In this document: positions 1-8,515 of the stretch, in pieces | Layout of the letters: the number at the start of each line of letters is the position of its first letter | Numbering within the stretch: position 1 is the first letter of the stretch | Virus record (IMG/VR): IMGVR_UViG_3300020042_009788 | Span: 1 to 25,712 of that record | From: a virus | Taxonomy: Duplodnaviria; Caudoviricetes | Strand: one strand, 5' to 3' | DNA length: 25,712 nt | Translations under genes and position numbers: made by a program | The notes under the pieces: model-generated | The model's input: only the letters and a program-made list of their open reading frames with translations | Told to the model about the DNA's origin: nothing | The model's database searches: none

Positions 1-1485
1 ATCAAAAGCATAAGATAGTTTTCCATCACTTGTGTCCAAAACAAAACGAATAATAGTTCCATCAGGCATATATTTTGTGAACGTAAAACCATCTCCCGCT
101 ACACCATGATAAACCCATGAAGTTAAATCGTTGGTCACATTTGTTTCAGGAAAGCCTCTCATAGTTCCTTCAAAACTTGGATGGTCTGTATGAGTGATAG
201 TTAAGTTTCTACTTTTCCTATCCAACTTATCAATAATGATTCTGTCATCAACTCTCCACTTATCTTTCTCACGCGTTTCAATAATTTGTTGTAAACGTTT
301 CTTTGTTTCCGCTGTTAACTTGAAACGAAACTCTGTTGATTCAACACCGTTTACATAAACCTTATTTGTTCTTATCTGAAAGTCTTCAATACCTGATGAG
401 TCGTAAGCAAAATAAGAACCCTTGTCCGCATTACCAAACGATTCGTCTATTGCTGTTTCCGCTGTTTTAAATCCTTCTGGAACGTCTGTTTTAATTTGAG
501 GAATAGGAGTAGAAAGAACTGGAGCAGACGCTATTGGAATTGAACCCAAAGGCTTAAAGTCTGGTGGTAAGCCAACAAGTGAATCTCTTGGGTCTAACAT
601 AACAGCGGTGCAACGACAATTAGGATGAGCAGGTGGCATTATGAAACCATTAGGGAACTCTTGATTCCATAAAACTGAATAACCACGTAATGGAGAACAA
701 TCAGGACAAGCGGCGTTTGCAACAACCCAACGTTTAACAGAATCGCTTGGTGAGTAACCTTGTTCAACTGCTTGTTGGAAACCAAGATAGCGTCCATTGT
801 TTTGAGCCATTTGTATTTCTGTTCGAGCAATAGTTCTTGCTCTGGATTTAATTAACTTATCTCGATACTTTTGGGCTAATGACATGGCTTTTCTTTCCGC
901 ATCACCGATATTCATACCTTCACTTACAAAACGATTAACGTTGTTTCTATTGAACTTAAGCATTGTTGATTCTTGTCGTCTTGTTAAACCAATAAAACTT
1001 TGAACTGCTTGAGCGGTCTGGTCCACAGTTCTTTGTTGAGAGAAAGCGTTTGCAATAACTGAGCGAATAACTTCTTTCTGTTCAGTTGAAATGTTAGTTA
1101 TAAGTCTTGCTGATTGTTCTTGCGCCCATTGTAACGCTCGTGGGTCTGTTCTGTTAAAAGTTGGTTTGAACCCAACTCTTGTAGGTAATCCTTTACCTGC
1201 TGCAACTAAACCATCAACCAAAGTATCATTCAAAGGTTTTGCTAAAGCATCAACGTTAGATAAAATGTTATCAAAAGGTAAAGCATCTACCGCTCTCCTA
1301 ATACTTTTCTCATACAAAGCATTTTGGAAAGCACTTAAATTAGTTCCATCAATAATTTCTTCGTTAATGTTCATTATTGTGTTACCAATAACTCTCATGC
1401 GAACAGCGTCAGCATCAGGAATAGTACTAAAACCACTTTGCGAAGGAGTTCCAGAACGAGGGACTGCTTTTAGAACAAGAGGCAT
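1..1485 (-). CDS. MuF / SPP1 gp7-like head morphogenesis protein with a long C-terminal extension (partial, runs off the left edge)
   Basis: Not in the ORF track. ATG at 1485 abuts the portal TAA and the frame is open for 495 codons. Hand translation MPLVLKAVPRSG... contains RARTIARTE, KRWVVANAACPDC and PPAHPNCRC, the MuF signature motifs. Confidence 0.88.
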   Translation of the reverse strand, partial: MPLVLKAVPRSGTPSQSGFSTIPDADAVRMRVIGNTIMNINEEIIDGTNLSAFQNALYEKSIRRAVDALPFDNILSNVDALAKPLNDTLVDGLVAAGKGLPTRVGFKPTFNRTDPRALQWAQEQSARLITNISTEQKEVIRSVIANAFSQQRTVDQTAQAVQSFIGLTRRQESTMLKFNRNNVNRFVSEGMNIGDAERKAMSLAQKYRDKLIKSRARTIARTEIQMAQNNGRYLGFQQAVEQGYSPSDSVKRWVVANAACPDCSPLRGYSVLWNQEFPNGFIMPPAHPNCRCTAVMLDPRDSLVGLPPDFKPLGSIPIASAPVLSTPIPQIKTDVPEGFKTAETAIDESFGNADKGSYFAYDSSGIEDFQIRTNKVYVNGVESTEFRFKLTAETKKRLQQIIETREKDKWRVDDRIIIDKLDRKSRNLTITHTDHPSFEGTMRGFPETNVTNDLTSWVYHGVAGDGFTFTKYMPDGTIIRFVLDTSDGKLSYAFD

Positions 1486-2757
1486 TTATACCTCAGGTAA
1501 CTCACTTGGAGGCAAACCTGAAATGTCTCGAAGATACTGTTCAAGTCTTTCATCTGGAGTGATTGCTCCGCTCGCTGTAAGTTTTTGAACAAAGTCCGCA
1601 ATTTCGGTTAAGTCAACACTTGCAACATCACCATAAGCCAAACGCGGTGCGTTCTCTCTAGTCATTCCATTATATTTTAGTAAACGTGGGATAGCGTATT
1701 GGTTAAAAGTTTCAGCGATAGAGTTAGCGATAGCATCAACACTCATTGTCCACAAATCCATTTTGGTTGAACCAAGAGCAAAAGAACCAACTCTTTCATG
1801 ACCCAATAAAATAAAGTCTGAAAGAACTGTCATAGCAATTCTTTGGTCGTATCTTGAAATAACTTTATCAGTGTCAAACTGTCTATTGCCACCGCTCGAA
1901 AGAAGTGTTAGTTCAAACATTCTGTTACCGTGTTCGTCGAACATTTGTGGGAAGATAACGCCTTCTTGTTCATTACGTTTAATGTTTTGTACAATGTCTG
2001 TGATTGTGTTTCTTACACTTGTTTGTGCTGCGTTAGCATCACTTGAAAGATATTCTGGTGGCATGTAGGCAACAGGTAATCCTGCTAAGTCTCTTTCAAT
2101 TCCTATTGCTTCAATTTCTTCAATACGACGTTTGAACCACCAAGAACGATAAGCGTTACGAAGAAGTGAACGTCCCTCTGGATTGTTTTTATTTGTTGTT
2201 GTTCTAAATAATAAACCTTTATCAATTGGAATAGTTCTCATTCCACCACCAGAAGGGTCCATTTGAACCATTCCTTGAATACCACCGTCGTTATCTAAAA
2301 GCCAATTGTTTAATGATTCTTGGGAACGTATTGGGAACTTTCTCCAGCCAATCTTTCCATCATTAAACTTAGAGTTACGTTTGCCATCATTACTTTCACC
2401 GCCACGTATTTTATAAACAATTTCATGATAACTGAAACCATAAACAAGCATTGAAGAAATACTTGAAAGAGTTGAGTCCCAAGTTTCAGACATATCATAT
2501 AAACAAGATTCAATGAATTCTTTTTGTTCAATTGCTTCAGGTGTTTCGTTTGCTGGGTCAACGCGCCATTCTAAACGAACAATAACTTTTTCTATTGCAT
2601 AAAGTATTGCACCAATAACAGGGTCGTTGTCTGCCATTTCACGATAAACTCTTAAACCGCGAGTACCGCGAAGATTAGTTAAGAACTCTTCAGTTATCCA
2701 ACCACCAGCACGTCTAAGTCCGCTGGTACCTAATTCTGCAAAATCTGGTCTTGCCAT
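1486..2757 (-). CDS. Phage portal protein (DUF935 / Mu gp29-like)
   Basis: 423 aa with ELGTSG, NPEGRSLLRNAY, IGIERDLAGLP and GSFALG motifs; immediately upstream of MuF. Confidence 0.88.
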   Translation of the reverse strand: MARPDFAELGTSGLRRAGGWITEEFLTNLRGTRGLRVYREMADNDPVIGAILYAIEKVIVRLEWRVDPANETPEAIEQKEFIESCLYDMSETWDSTLSSISSMLVYGFSYHEIVYKIRGGESNDGKRNSKFNDGKIGWRKFPIRSQESLNNWLLDNDGGIQGMVQMDPSGGGMRTIPIDKGLLFRTTTNKNNPEGRSLLRNAYRSWWFKRRIEEIEAIGIERDLAGLPVAYMPPEYLSSDANAAQTSVRNTITDIVQNIKRNEQEGVIFPQMFDEHGNRMFELTLLSSGGNRQFDTDKVISRYDQRIAMTVLSDFILLGHERVGSFALGSTKMDLWTMSVDAIANSIAETFNQYAIPRLLKYNGMTRENAPRLAYGDVASVDLTEIADFVQKLTASGAITPDERLEQYLRDISGLPPSELPEV

Positions 2758-2970
2758 TTAGTTTGCCTTATCCTGATTGGAAATTGACTTCTGTATCAAT
2801 GTTAATGCTTGGTTCTCTGAAAACCCCGCTTTAAGTAATGCCTTAAAGATTTCATTTAATCTTATCGCACTTTCCACTAACGGGGTCATCATAAGATTCT
2901 CAGACTCAACAGGATTGTTTTTAGACATTGTTCTAAAAGGATAGCGTGTTTGTCCAGAGAATAACATCAT
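2758..2970 (-). CDS. Hypothetical phage protein
   Basis: Stop abuts the portal start; helical AGFSENQAL segment; true start uncertain. Confidence 0.65.
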   Translation of the reverse strand: MMLFSGQTRYPFRTMSKNNPVESENLMMTPLVESAIRLNEIFKALLKAGFSENQALTLIQKSISNQDKAN

Positions 2971-2976
2971 CCACGC

Positions 2977-3435
2977 TTAGAACGGTGGAATATCGTTTGG
3001 AAACGGTTGTGTGAAAGCATCAACTGGTGTTGCCCATGGGTCGTTTCTATCGACGCTTTGACTTGAACTAATTCTTTCTACTCGTCTGATAGTTGCAGTG
3101 GCTTTACTTAAATCAGGACCAATAGAATAACAAGTTACATCTATCCTATTTCTTTTCTGTCCTGTTTGTTTATCATCCCAACTAACTGATGCTGCTTTCC
3201 CGTATGCAATAACTTTGTCACCTTTATCTAAAGATGAACAAATGTTTTCTGCTAACTCAGCCCAAGCAGAACAATTCCAATAGGTAACATCTTTACTTTC
3301 CCATTGACCTGTTTGTTCATTCTTTGAACGAGCACTTGTAACTATTGTGAAAGACGTAACTGATTTGCCTGTTCCAGTTAACTTTAATTCTGGTTTAGCG
3401 GCAAGGTTGCCTTGTAATGTAATGAACTGACTCAT
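2977..3435 (-). CDS. ssb: Single-stranded DNA-binding protein (actinobacterial type)
   Basis: OB-fold pattern ITLQGNL..PELK.T..GKSV.SF, CSAW..LAEN...SL.KGD.V, IGPDL, DPW and acidic C-terminal DIPPF. Confidence 0.93.
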   Translation of the reverse strand: MSQFITLQGNLAAKPELKLTGTGKSVTSFTIVTSARSKNEQTGQWESKDVTYWNCSAWAELAENICSSLDKGDKVIAYGKAASVSWDDKQTGQKRNRIDVTCYSIGPDLSKATATIRRVERISSSQSVDRNDPWATPVDAFTQPFPNDIPPF

Positions 3436-3463
3436 TTTTCACTCTGCTTTCTTTTTGTTTGTT

Positions 3464-3751
3464 TTAGTGGTTGTTGTTTTGGTTAAAGAGTGAGAACCTA
3501 AAAGGTTCTATTTCATTTTGTTTCCTAGCCTCCATTCTTTCTTGCGGAGTTGTTCCGCCCCAGACACCATCAAGGTCTCTATGTAAAGCGTACTGGTAAC
3601 ACTCTAATTGAAACACACAACTCTGACAAAGTTTTCTTGCAGCACGTAACGCTATTTCGTATTGGTTAGCGCGAACTGGAAAGAACAACTCTGGGTCTGT
3701 TTGAGCACAAGGTTGTGAACCATCCACGTTTGGATAAGGAGGTCTTTTCAT
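3464..3751 (-). CDS. whiB: WhiB-family Fe-S transcription factor
   Basis: Four conserved Cys (CAQTDPELFFP, C..C, EC) and the GVWGG turn. Confidence 0.95.
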   Translation of the reverse strand: MKRPPYPNVDGSQPCAQTDPELFFPVRANQYEIALRAARKLCQSCVFQLECYQYALHRDLDGVWGGTTPQERMEARKQNEIEPFRFSLFNQNNNH

Positions 3752-3754
3752 TTA

Positions 3755-3910
3755 TCAGCGAAAGTAATTAACAATCACGAAGCCAATATAAATTCCAACT
3801 ACTCCAAGTATTCCCGCTAAAGCGCTTGGTGCTGGTATTGGAAGCCTAAATAAACTAAATAAACAACCCACCGCTAATCCTGTTAGTAAAGGTAATAATA
3901 GTTCTTTCAT
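3755..3910 (-). CDS. XapX / DUF1427-like small membrane protein (51 aa)
   Basis: Not in the ORF track. MKELLLPLLTGLAVGCLFSLFRLPIPAPSALAGILGVVGIYIGFVIVNYFR: two hydrophobic helices linked by LPIPAP..LAG; TAATG overlap with the upstream gene. Confidence 0.8.
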   Translation of the reverse strand: MKELLLPLLTGLAVGCLFSLFRLPIPAPSALAGILGVVGIYIGFVIVNYFR

Positions 3911-4182
3911 TAGAAATCCTCATCTCCGTCGTCTTCTTCTTCTAAAGCAAAATCTTCTGATACTTGACTAAGAGCATAGGAGAGAAGTCCTTCAACTCTC
4001 CAAGGGGGTATTCCTTCGTCTCCATGAGTGGATAACCAGAAGTCTCCATTGGAGTCAACCCATTCGGCAACAAGAACAAAGTTGGTACACATAGCACCTT
4101 TTTTATCAAGGTGGGTCGCAAGTTCAGTGAGCATGTTTTTTATTTTGTGTGTTGCTTCAACGTTTTCAGACATACGAACCAC
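3910..4182 (-). CDS. Hypothetical protein with an acidic tail
   Basis: FVLVAEW.DS.G..W...PPWRVEGLL pattern; start may be the ATG at 4173. Confidence 0.75.
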   Translation of the reverse strand: MVRMSENVEATHKIKNMLTELATHLDKKGAMCTNFVLVAEWVDSNGDFWLSTHGDEGIPPWRVEGLLSYALSQVSEDFALEEEDDGDEDF

Positions 4183-4268
4183 CTTCCCTTTTAATGTATC
4201 GAAAAAAGTCTAAACCTATTGATTATTTGATTACAATGGGGGTCTTTTGGCGAGTCTTAACTATTCCC

Positions 4269-4973
4269 TTAGTTGTATTCTTTTCTATTCCAGTAGTTGT
4301 CTTTATAGTAATTTTTGAACTTTCGTCCAAACTCTGCATTCTTTTTAATACTACTTTTCAAATCAAACTCATTAACATTAGATTCCCAACTCTCTCTCTT
4401 TATTGGAACAAATTGCATAATTGGAGTCCCTGCTGGAATTAAGCCCTCAAAACTTTTATGTAAATAAAATGGAACATTTGCACCGTCTTTTGCAACAAGG
4501 TCTGAAGAATCGGTGTCCATAATTCCAGTGCAAGTCATAAATGGTAAGTCGTATCTATTAAATGGGTGGGTGACTAACAGACTAAAACCTTTTGGTAATT
4601 TGACTCCCCAATGCTTTTTCCAAACAAATTCTAGATTGTCGTAAGAGTTGTTTACAGGCAGAGACGATTTCTCTCTTGTTGATAACAATTCGGGTTGTCC
4701 AGAATAAAAGTATTCGACTTCTTCACCATACCTTTTAATGTACAGGTCACACCAAGTTGTTAAAATATATCCCGAAGTTAAAGCATCAAAAAAAGGAATA
4801 CAAGATTTAAGATTTAGATTTGTTATTCCTCCTAAATTGTTAAACTCAGGATTTTTATGATTATGCCCTGGTATGTCCTTAAACCATTGTGGAATATGTT
4901 TTTTAGCAGGTTGAGGTGGTGTTGTTCCTAGAGACACAAATTCACTTCTGGGAATAAATTGAATCTCTAACAT
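4269..4973 (-). CDS. DUF6065-like phage protein (possible dUTPase-like beta fold)
   Basis: IPQWFK, KSCIPFFDALTSGY, HPFNR, GIMDTD and GTPIMQFVPIKR motifs; this kind of protein often sits next to phage 2OG oxygenases. Confidence 0.55.
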   Translation of the reverse strand: MLEIQFIPRSEFVSLGTTPPQPAKKHIPQWFKDIPGHNHKNPEFNNLGGITNLNLKSCIPFFDALTSGYILTTWCDLYIKRYGEEVEYFYSGQPELLSTREKSSLPVNNSYDNLEFVWKKHWGVKLPKGFSLLVTHPFNRYDLPFMTCTGIMDTDSSDLVAKDGANVPFYLHKSFEGLIPAGTPIMQFVPIKRESWESNVNEFDLKSSIKKNAEFGRKFKNYYKDNYWNRKEYN

Positions 4974-4982
4974 TAGATAGTT

Positions 4983-5600
4983 TTATTCACTGTCTTTAAT
5001 CCATGTAACAATTGCGTATTTTGTTCCTTTAGTAACAGGGTGAGCGATATGAGTGTAAGCGTAGTTGGCTGGAAATATCATTAAAGTATTTGCTTTTGGT
5101 TTTATTTTTAGACCAAAATTAACAAACTCTATCTCTCCACCCTCATAGTCGTCATTGAGATACAAAATTGGTGACATGTATCTTTTAGTTGAAGGACCGC
5201 CATCATAATGGGCTTTGTATTCTTGTCCACCAGAGTATTTAATAACATTGTAGCCTTCAAAAAATATCTCTTGTTCAATACCAAATTGTTGATTATAGCC
5301 AATACATGTTTCTAGTAACAATGTATGGTATGAATTATGTATTTTTTGTAGTATTGGATTACCAGTATTTGAGGTTTCAGTAGATAAAGGGATTGTTAAA
5401 TTCGTTCGTTTGAAATTAACAATTTGGGCTTTTGTTGTTGCTCTAAGCCACCTGACGCTTGAGTTTAAGTCTGTTGTTACTTCTTCTAAATCAGTTATGA
5501 TTTGTTTTGGGTTGTCTATTGCATTTTCATAAATGTTAATTGCTCCAGCAACCGTCTTTGTTGGTTCTTTTAGTGTTACATGAAAGCCGTTTACATACAT
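4983..5600 (-). CDS. 2OG-Fe(II) oxygenase (prolyl-4-hydroxylase-like)
   Basis: HYD (HxD), YLNDDYEGGEIEF, distal H in THIAHPV, and GTKY; AAGGAG SD upstream. Confidence 0.92.
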   Translation of the reverse strand: MYVNGFHVTLKEPTKTVAGAINIYENAIDNPKQIITDLEEVTTDLNSSVRWLRATTKAQIVNFKRTNLTIPLSTETSNTGNPILQKIHNSYHTLLLETCIGYNQQFGIEQEIFFEGYNVIKYSGGQEYKAHYDGGPSTKRYMSPILYLNDDYEGGEIEFVNFGLKIKPKANTLMIFPANYAYTHIAHPVTKGTKYAIVTWIKDSE

Positions 5601-5638
5601 TTGAACTCCTTTTTACTTCCTACTTCAGATACTACTCG

Positions 5639-5943
5639 TGGTATCTATGTGGTTACTACAGGATACCTGTGGGGTATTTCATTGGTAACTGGGTGGTAAC
5701 TATGAGATACCAATGCGGTAACTCAAAGATACCAAGTAGATACCAACAAGATACCAACACAATACCAACAAGATACCAATGGAATACCGAGCAGATACCG
5801 ACATGGTTACTAAGAGATACCAACGTGGTATTTGACAGATACCAACGAGATACCAGCGTGGTTACTGTGTGGTATTTGTTTGGTAACTTGAAGATACCAG
5901 CGTGGTATTTGAGTGGTAACTGTGTTTTGTTCTCCAGGTATCT
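5639..5943. repeat. Array of 8-mers (AGATACCA or reverse-type TGGTWWYT) at an exact 11-bp period
   Basis: Units start at 5639, 5650, 5661 and so on to 5914 (26 consecutive), then one mismatched slot (5925) and an in-phase AGGTATCT at 5936. 13 forward and 13 reverse units with variable 3-nt spacers. Confidence 0.93.
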
Positions 5944-6017
5944 ATTGCTTTACAATATGAACACGTTTTGTTGTCCATAACCCATGCACCACATAAACAT
6001 CTTATTATTTTTCCCAT
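5862..6017 (-). CDS. Small Cys-rich protein (CxCG...CxxC) whose 3' end reads into the array
   Basis: Hand translation MGKIIRCLCGAWVMDNKTCSYCKAIDTWRTKH..., 51 aa; AGGA just upstream. Confidence 0.5.
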   Translation of the reverse strand: MGKIIRCLCGAWVMDNKTCSYCKAIDTWRTKHSYHSNTTLVSSSYQTNTTQ

Positions 6018-6091
6018 TGTCCTGCTTCTAACCATATTGCAACAATGGCAAGGATTATTAAACCAGCGCCCATAGAAATTATTATGTTCAC
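6005..6091 (-). CDS. Small single-pass membrane peptide (28 aa)
   Basis: GTG abuts the upstream TAA; MNIIISMGAGLIILAIVAIWLEAGQWEK. Confidence 0.5.
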   Translation of the reverse strand: MNIIISMGAGLIILAIVAIWLEAGQWEK

Positions 6092-6376
6092 TTATAAACC
6101 TTTTTTGTGTTTATGAACTGTTGGGTCAATATGGTCGGCGAAGCCTTTGAGAGTCATTTCAATAATTTCCTTTGCATGCTCATCAGCCTCAACTGGAACT
6201 CTGGTTGAAAGGAAACGAGCGTAATCTGCAATTGTTATTAAACAGGACTCTGCTTCCTCAATGTAACTTATTTGAACTGTTGGTGCCAAAGTATCAAAAG
6301 GTGGGAGTTCATCTGAACCCATATAGTTGTAGACCGCTTCTGCTGTTATCTTAATCAGTCCTGTTGCAAGTTCCAT
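6092..6376 (-). CDS. Hypothetical protein
   Basis: Start moved to the ATG at 6376 (TAATG overlap with the transglycosylase stop). Confidence 0.7.
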   Translation of the reverse strand: MELATGLIKITAEAVYNYMGSDELPPFDTLAPTVQISYIEEAESCLITIADYARFLSTRVPVEADEHAKEIIEMTLKGFADHIDPTVHKHKKGL

Positions 6377-6840
6377 TAGTACCAATTCTTTTTGTTATGG
6401 AAAGATAAAGCACCGCAAGGACTCAAATGCCTGTTGTCAATATATTTTAACCCTAATTCTATTTGAATATCGGGTGGTGTTTTTGGGTCAAGTCTGAGCA
6501 TTTGCGGAATACCAAAAGCGGAAGATGTTGGGTTGTCTGCAAGATAATTCCAATTACTTTCCCTATCCCAAAGTTCAACCAAACACTTAAACTCTTGTTC
6601 GCCCCAACCATATTTGCTTATCTTTGTTCTAGCGTATTGTCTTGAAACCTCTGGTGTCCAATGTTGGTACTTAAAACGTCTTTCAGTTTCGAGTCTTTCC
6701 ATAATTAGACGAGGCGTAGGTTTCTGTTCGTCCATAACCTGAACTGGTTCAGCGTGTACTTGAACAACTGTAATAACTAAAACCAAAACTAAAACCAAAT
6801 GAACTATTAGTCTTAATCTTGTTATTTGCTTTAAGGACAT
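6376..6840 (-). CDS. Secreted or membrane-anchored lytic transglycosylase (SLT-like, actinobacterial type)
   Basis: N-terminal hydrophobic segment; CL..LW.RESNWN..A.NPTSSAFGIPQ, QI..GL.YI..R and C-terminal NWY. Confidence 0.85.
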   Translation of the reverse strand: MSLKQITRLRLIVHLVLVLVLVITVVQVHAEPVQVMDEQKPTPRLIMERLETERRFKYQHWTPEVSRQYARTKISKYGWGEQEFKCLVELWDRESNWNYLADNPTSSAFGIPQMLRLDPKTPPDIQIELGLKYIDNRHLSPCGALSFHNKKNWY

Positions 6841-6990
6841 TTAAGCCTCCTGAGTATCACCGTTTGATTGACAAAGATATTCGTTACAACATGAGCAACG
6901 CCATACAGTATTATTTTCCTCGTGATAGGCGAGATATTGCTCTCTGCTAATTGTATCGGAATTAAAATAAGATTTCTTTACTTCATTCAT
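6841..6990 (-). CDS. Small hypothetical protein (49 aa)
   Basis: Fills the gap exactly (ATGA overlap; TAA abuts the next ATG); MNEVKKSYF...WRCSCCNEYLC... Confidence 0.6.
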   Translation of the reverse strand: MNEVKKSYFNSDTISREQYLAYHEENNTVWRCSCCNEYLCQSNGDTQEA

Positions 6991-7259
6991 AAAAACTCCC
7001 TAACCGTGTCGACAACAGAATCAATTTCAGCACCATGATAAACGCTGTAATCATTCCACCAGTCCTCCCGACGATACACTCTTAAAACGCATTCAAAGGG
7101 CTTTTTAGCGTCTTCTGCATAAACTATTAGAACATTGTTACCAATATCAAAACTGAGGCTTCTGCCGTCGTTTGATTTAGGGACAGATATTTCTTCATCT
7201 ATTAAACGTTCAACTAATTTTGTTAATGACTGAGTAAAGGTTATTTGTTCTTTTAACAT
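6987..7259 (-). CDS. Hypothetical protein
   Basis: CCAAGGAG SD; 90 aa. Confidence 0.75.
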   Translation of the reverse strand: MLKEQITFTQSLTKLVERLIDEEISVPKSNDGRSLSFDIGNNVLIVYAEDAKKPFECVLRVYRREDWWNDYSVYHGAEIDSVVDTVREFL

Positions 7260-7285
7260 TTATGCTCCTTGGTAAGCAGTTGTTG

Positions 7286-7654
7286 TTAACTATTTGACCA
7301 TTCTTTTGCTGGGTAAAGTGGAACATTGTGTTTTGTTCTCACTTCATGTTTGGCATCTGTGAGTGTTTCTTCGGCAGTTACTTTGACGTTGAAGTCTTGT
7401 AACTTTTTTTGTTGAGCATCTCTCACAACGTTTACTAAATGTTCATTAGAAGCATACACATCAAGTATTGCAACTAATTCAAGATTAAGGTTATCCCAAC
7501 CAAAAGTGTTAATTTGAACATTATCAAATAAAAGGTTGTTAAGAGTGTCTCTACCCGACAAAGCATCCAAAGAAGGCACGGAGACTGTTAAAAAGGTTTT
7601 CACTAACTTTTCACCCCCTTGAGGTGTTGAGTTCGTTCCTCTCAACTGTATCAC
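7286..7654 (-). CDS. Hypothetical protein
   Basis: Open frame; start is either GTG 7654 (after TAGAGT-N6) or GTG 7603 (after GGGGGTGA). Confidence 0.65.
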   Translation of the reverse strand: MIQLRGTNSTPQGGEKLVKTFLTVSVPSLDALSGRDTLNNLLFDNVQINTFGWDNLNLELVAILDVYASNEHLVNVVRDAQQKKLQDFNVKVTAEETLTDAKHEVRTKHNVPLYPAKEWSNS

Positions 7655-7675
7655 CTTTCAACTCTAGTTGCACGT

Positions 7676-8515
7676 CTATTGTTTAACAACTTTTCTTTTC
7701 TTTTTCTTCTTTTTTAAGTTGAACAGTTCAGGGTTGAATTCAGAACCTGATAAAATGGCCATAGAAATAAGTCCAGCCAAACGATTAGTTCTTTTCATCT
7801 GTTTCCCAATTAACGACTGCACTTCAGCGTTATTGCCAGCAGACCAATAAAGCATCATAGTTATACCCAAAACCATGTCTGCTCTTTCCTTATCCCTTTC
7901 AGCGTTAATTTCAAGATAATGGCTCAAAGTGTTCGCAAGAGTGTTCAACTCCACGTCCGTTTTTTCTTCATACATTTTAGCCAACCATTTATCTCTTATC
8001 TCAAAATCAGGAGAGTTAATCGTTAAATCAACAAGACCCAAAACTTCCTCGATTATTTCTTGACTCATATTTTTCTCCTCAATAAAAAACTTTTTTCCTT
8101 CTTCTGGACAACACAAATTGTCTTGACAGATAAAAGAAGCCCATGTGTTCTCTTTAACCCATAGAACATCTCTTACATGTAAGTTGTGTGTTGTTTGTAA
8201 CTTCTCATATATTTCAAGAGCCTCGTCTTTTATGTTAGTCATAGAGGCTTGAAATTGGAAACCTTCGTTCAAATAAAAAACGAGAACAGCCCCATCACAG
8301 ACTTGATATAACTTATTTTGAAACATATCCAAAACAAGGTTAGGGTTTTCCTCTAATTCAATTAAAGGCACAACCAAAGTTTTAATCAACTTGTCATTTG
8401 GAGAGTTTGTTCCAACAACAACTAAACTATTTTCAGGTGTAAAACCTAAAATAGTTGGAATCTTAGTAACTAAACCTACAGGACCATCAATAATAACTTC
8501 TTTATTCATTTGCAT
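7676..8515 (-). CDS. DUF4192-like protein
   Basis: IP.ILGFTPENSLVVV and VRDVLWV...WAS..C...CCP.EG motifs of the actinobacterial DUF4192 family; Lys-rich C-terminus. Confidence 0.75.
   Translation of the reverse strand: MQMNKEVIIDGPVGLVTKIPTILGFTPENSLVVVGTNSPNDKLIKTLVVPLIELEENPNLVLDMFQNKLYQVCDGAVLVFYLNEGFQFQASMTNIKDEALEIYEKLQTTHNLHVRDVLWVKENTWASFICQDNLCCPEEGKKFFIEEKNMSQEIIEEVLGLVDLTINSPDFEIRDKWLAKMYEEKTDVELNTLANTLSHYLEINAERDKERADMVLGITMMLYWSAGNNAEVQSLIGKQMKRTNRLAGLISMAILSGSEFNPELFNLKKKKKKRKVVKQ

Noticed and set aside
639-1588. Track ORFs 639-830 (-) and 1091-1588 (+)
   Set aside because: Both are shadows of the MuF frame (1-1485) and the portal end
5639-5943. Array as a CRISPR or mini-CRISPR
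   Set aside because: 8-bp units with 3-nt spacers in mixed orientation, and no cas genes
5540-5980. 146-aa plus-strand ORF across the array
   Set aside because: Opposite strand to all other genes, TTG start inside the oxygenase gene, and its repetitive RYQ/DT/IP/WY content is what an 11-bp period produces when translated
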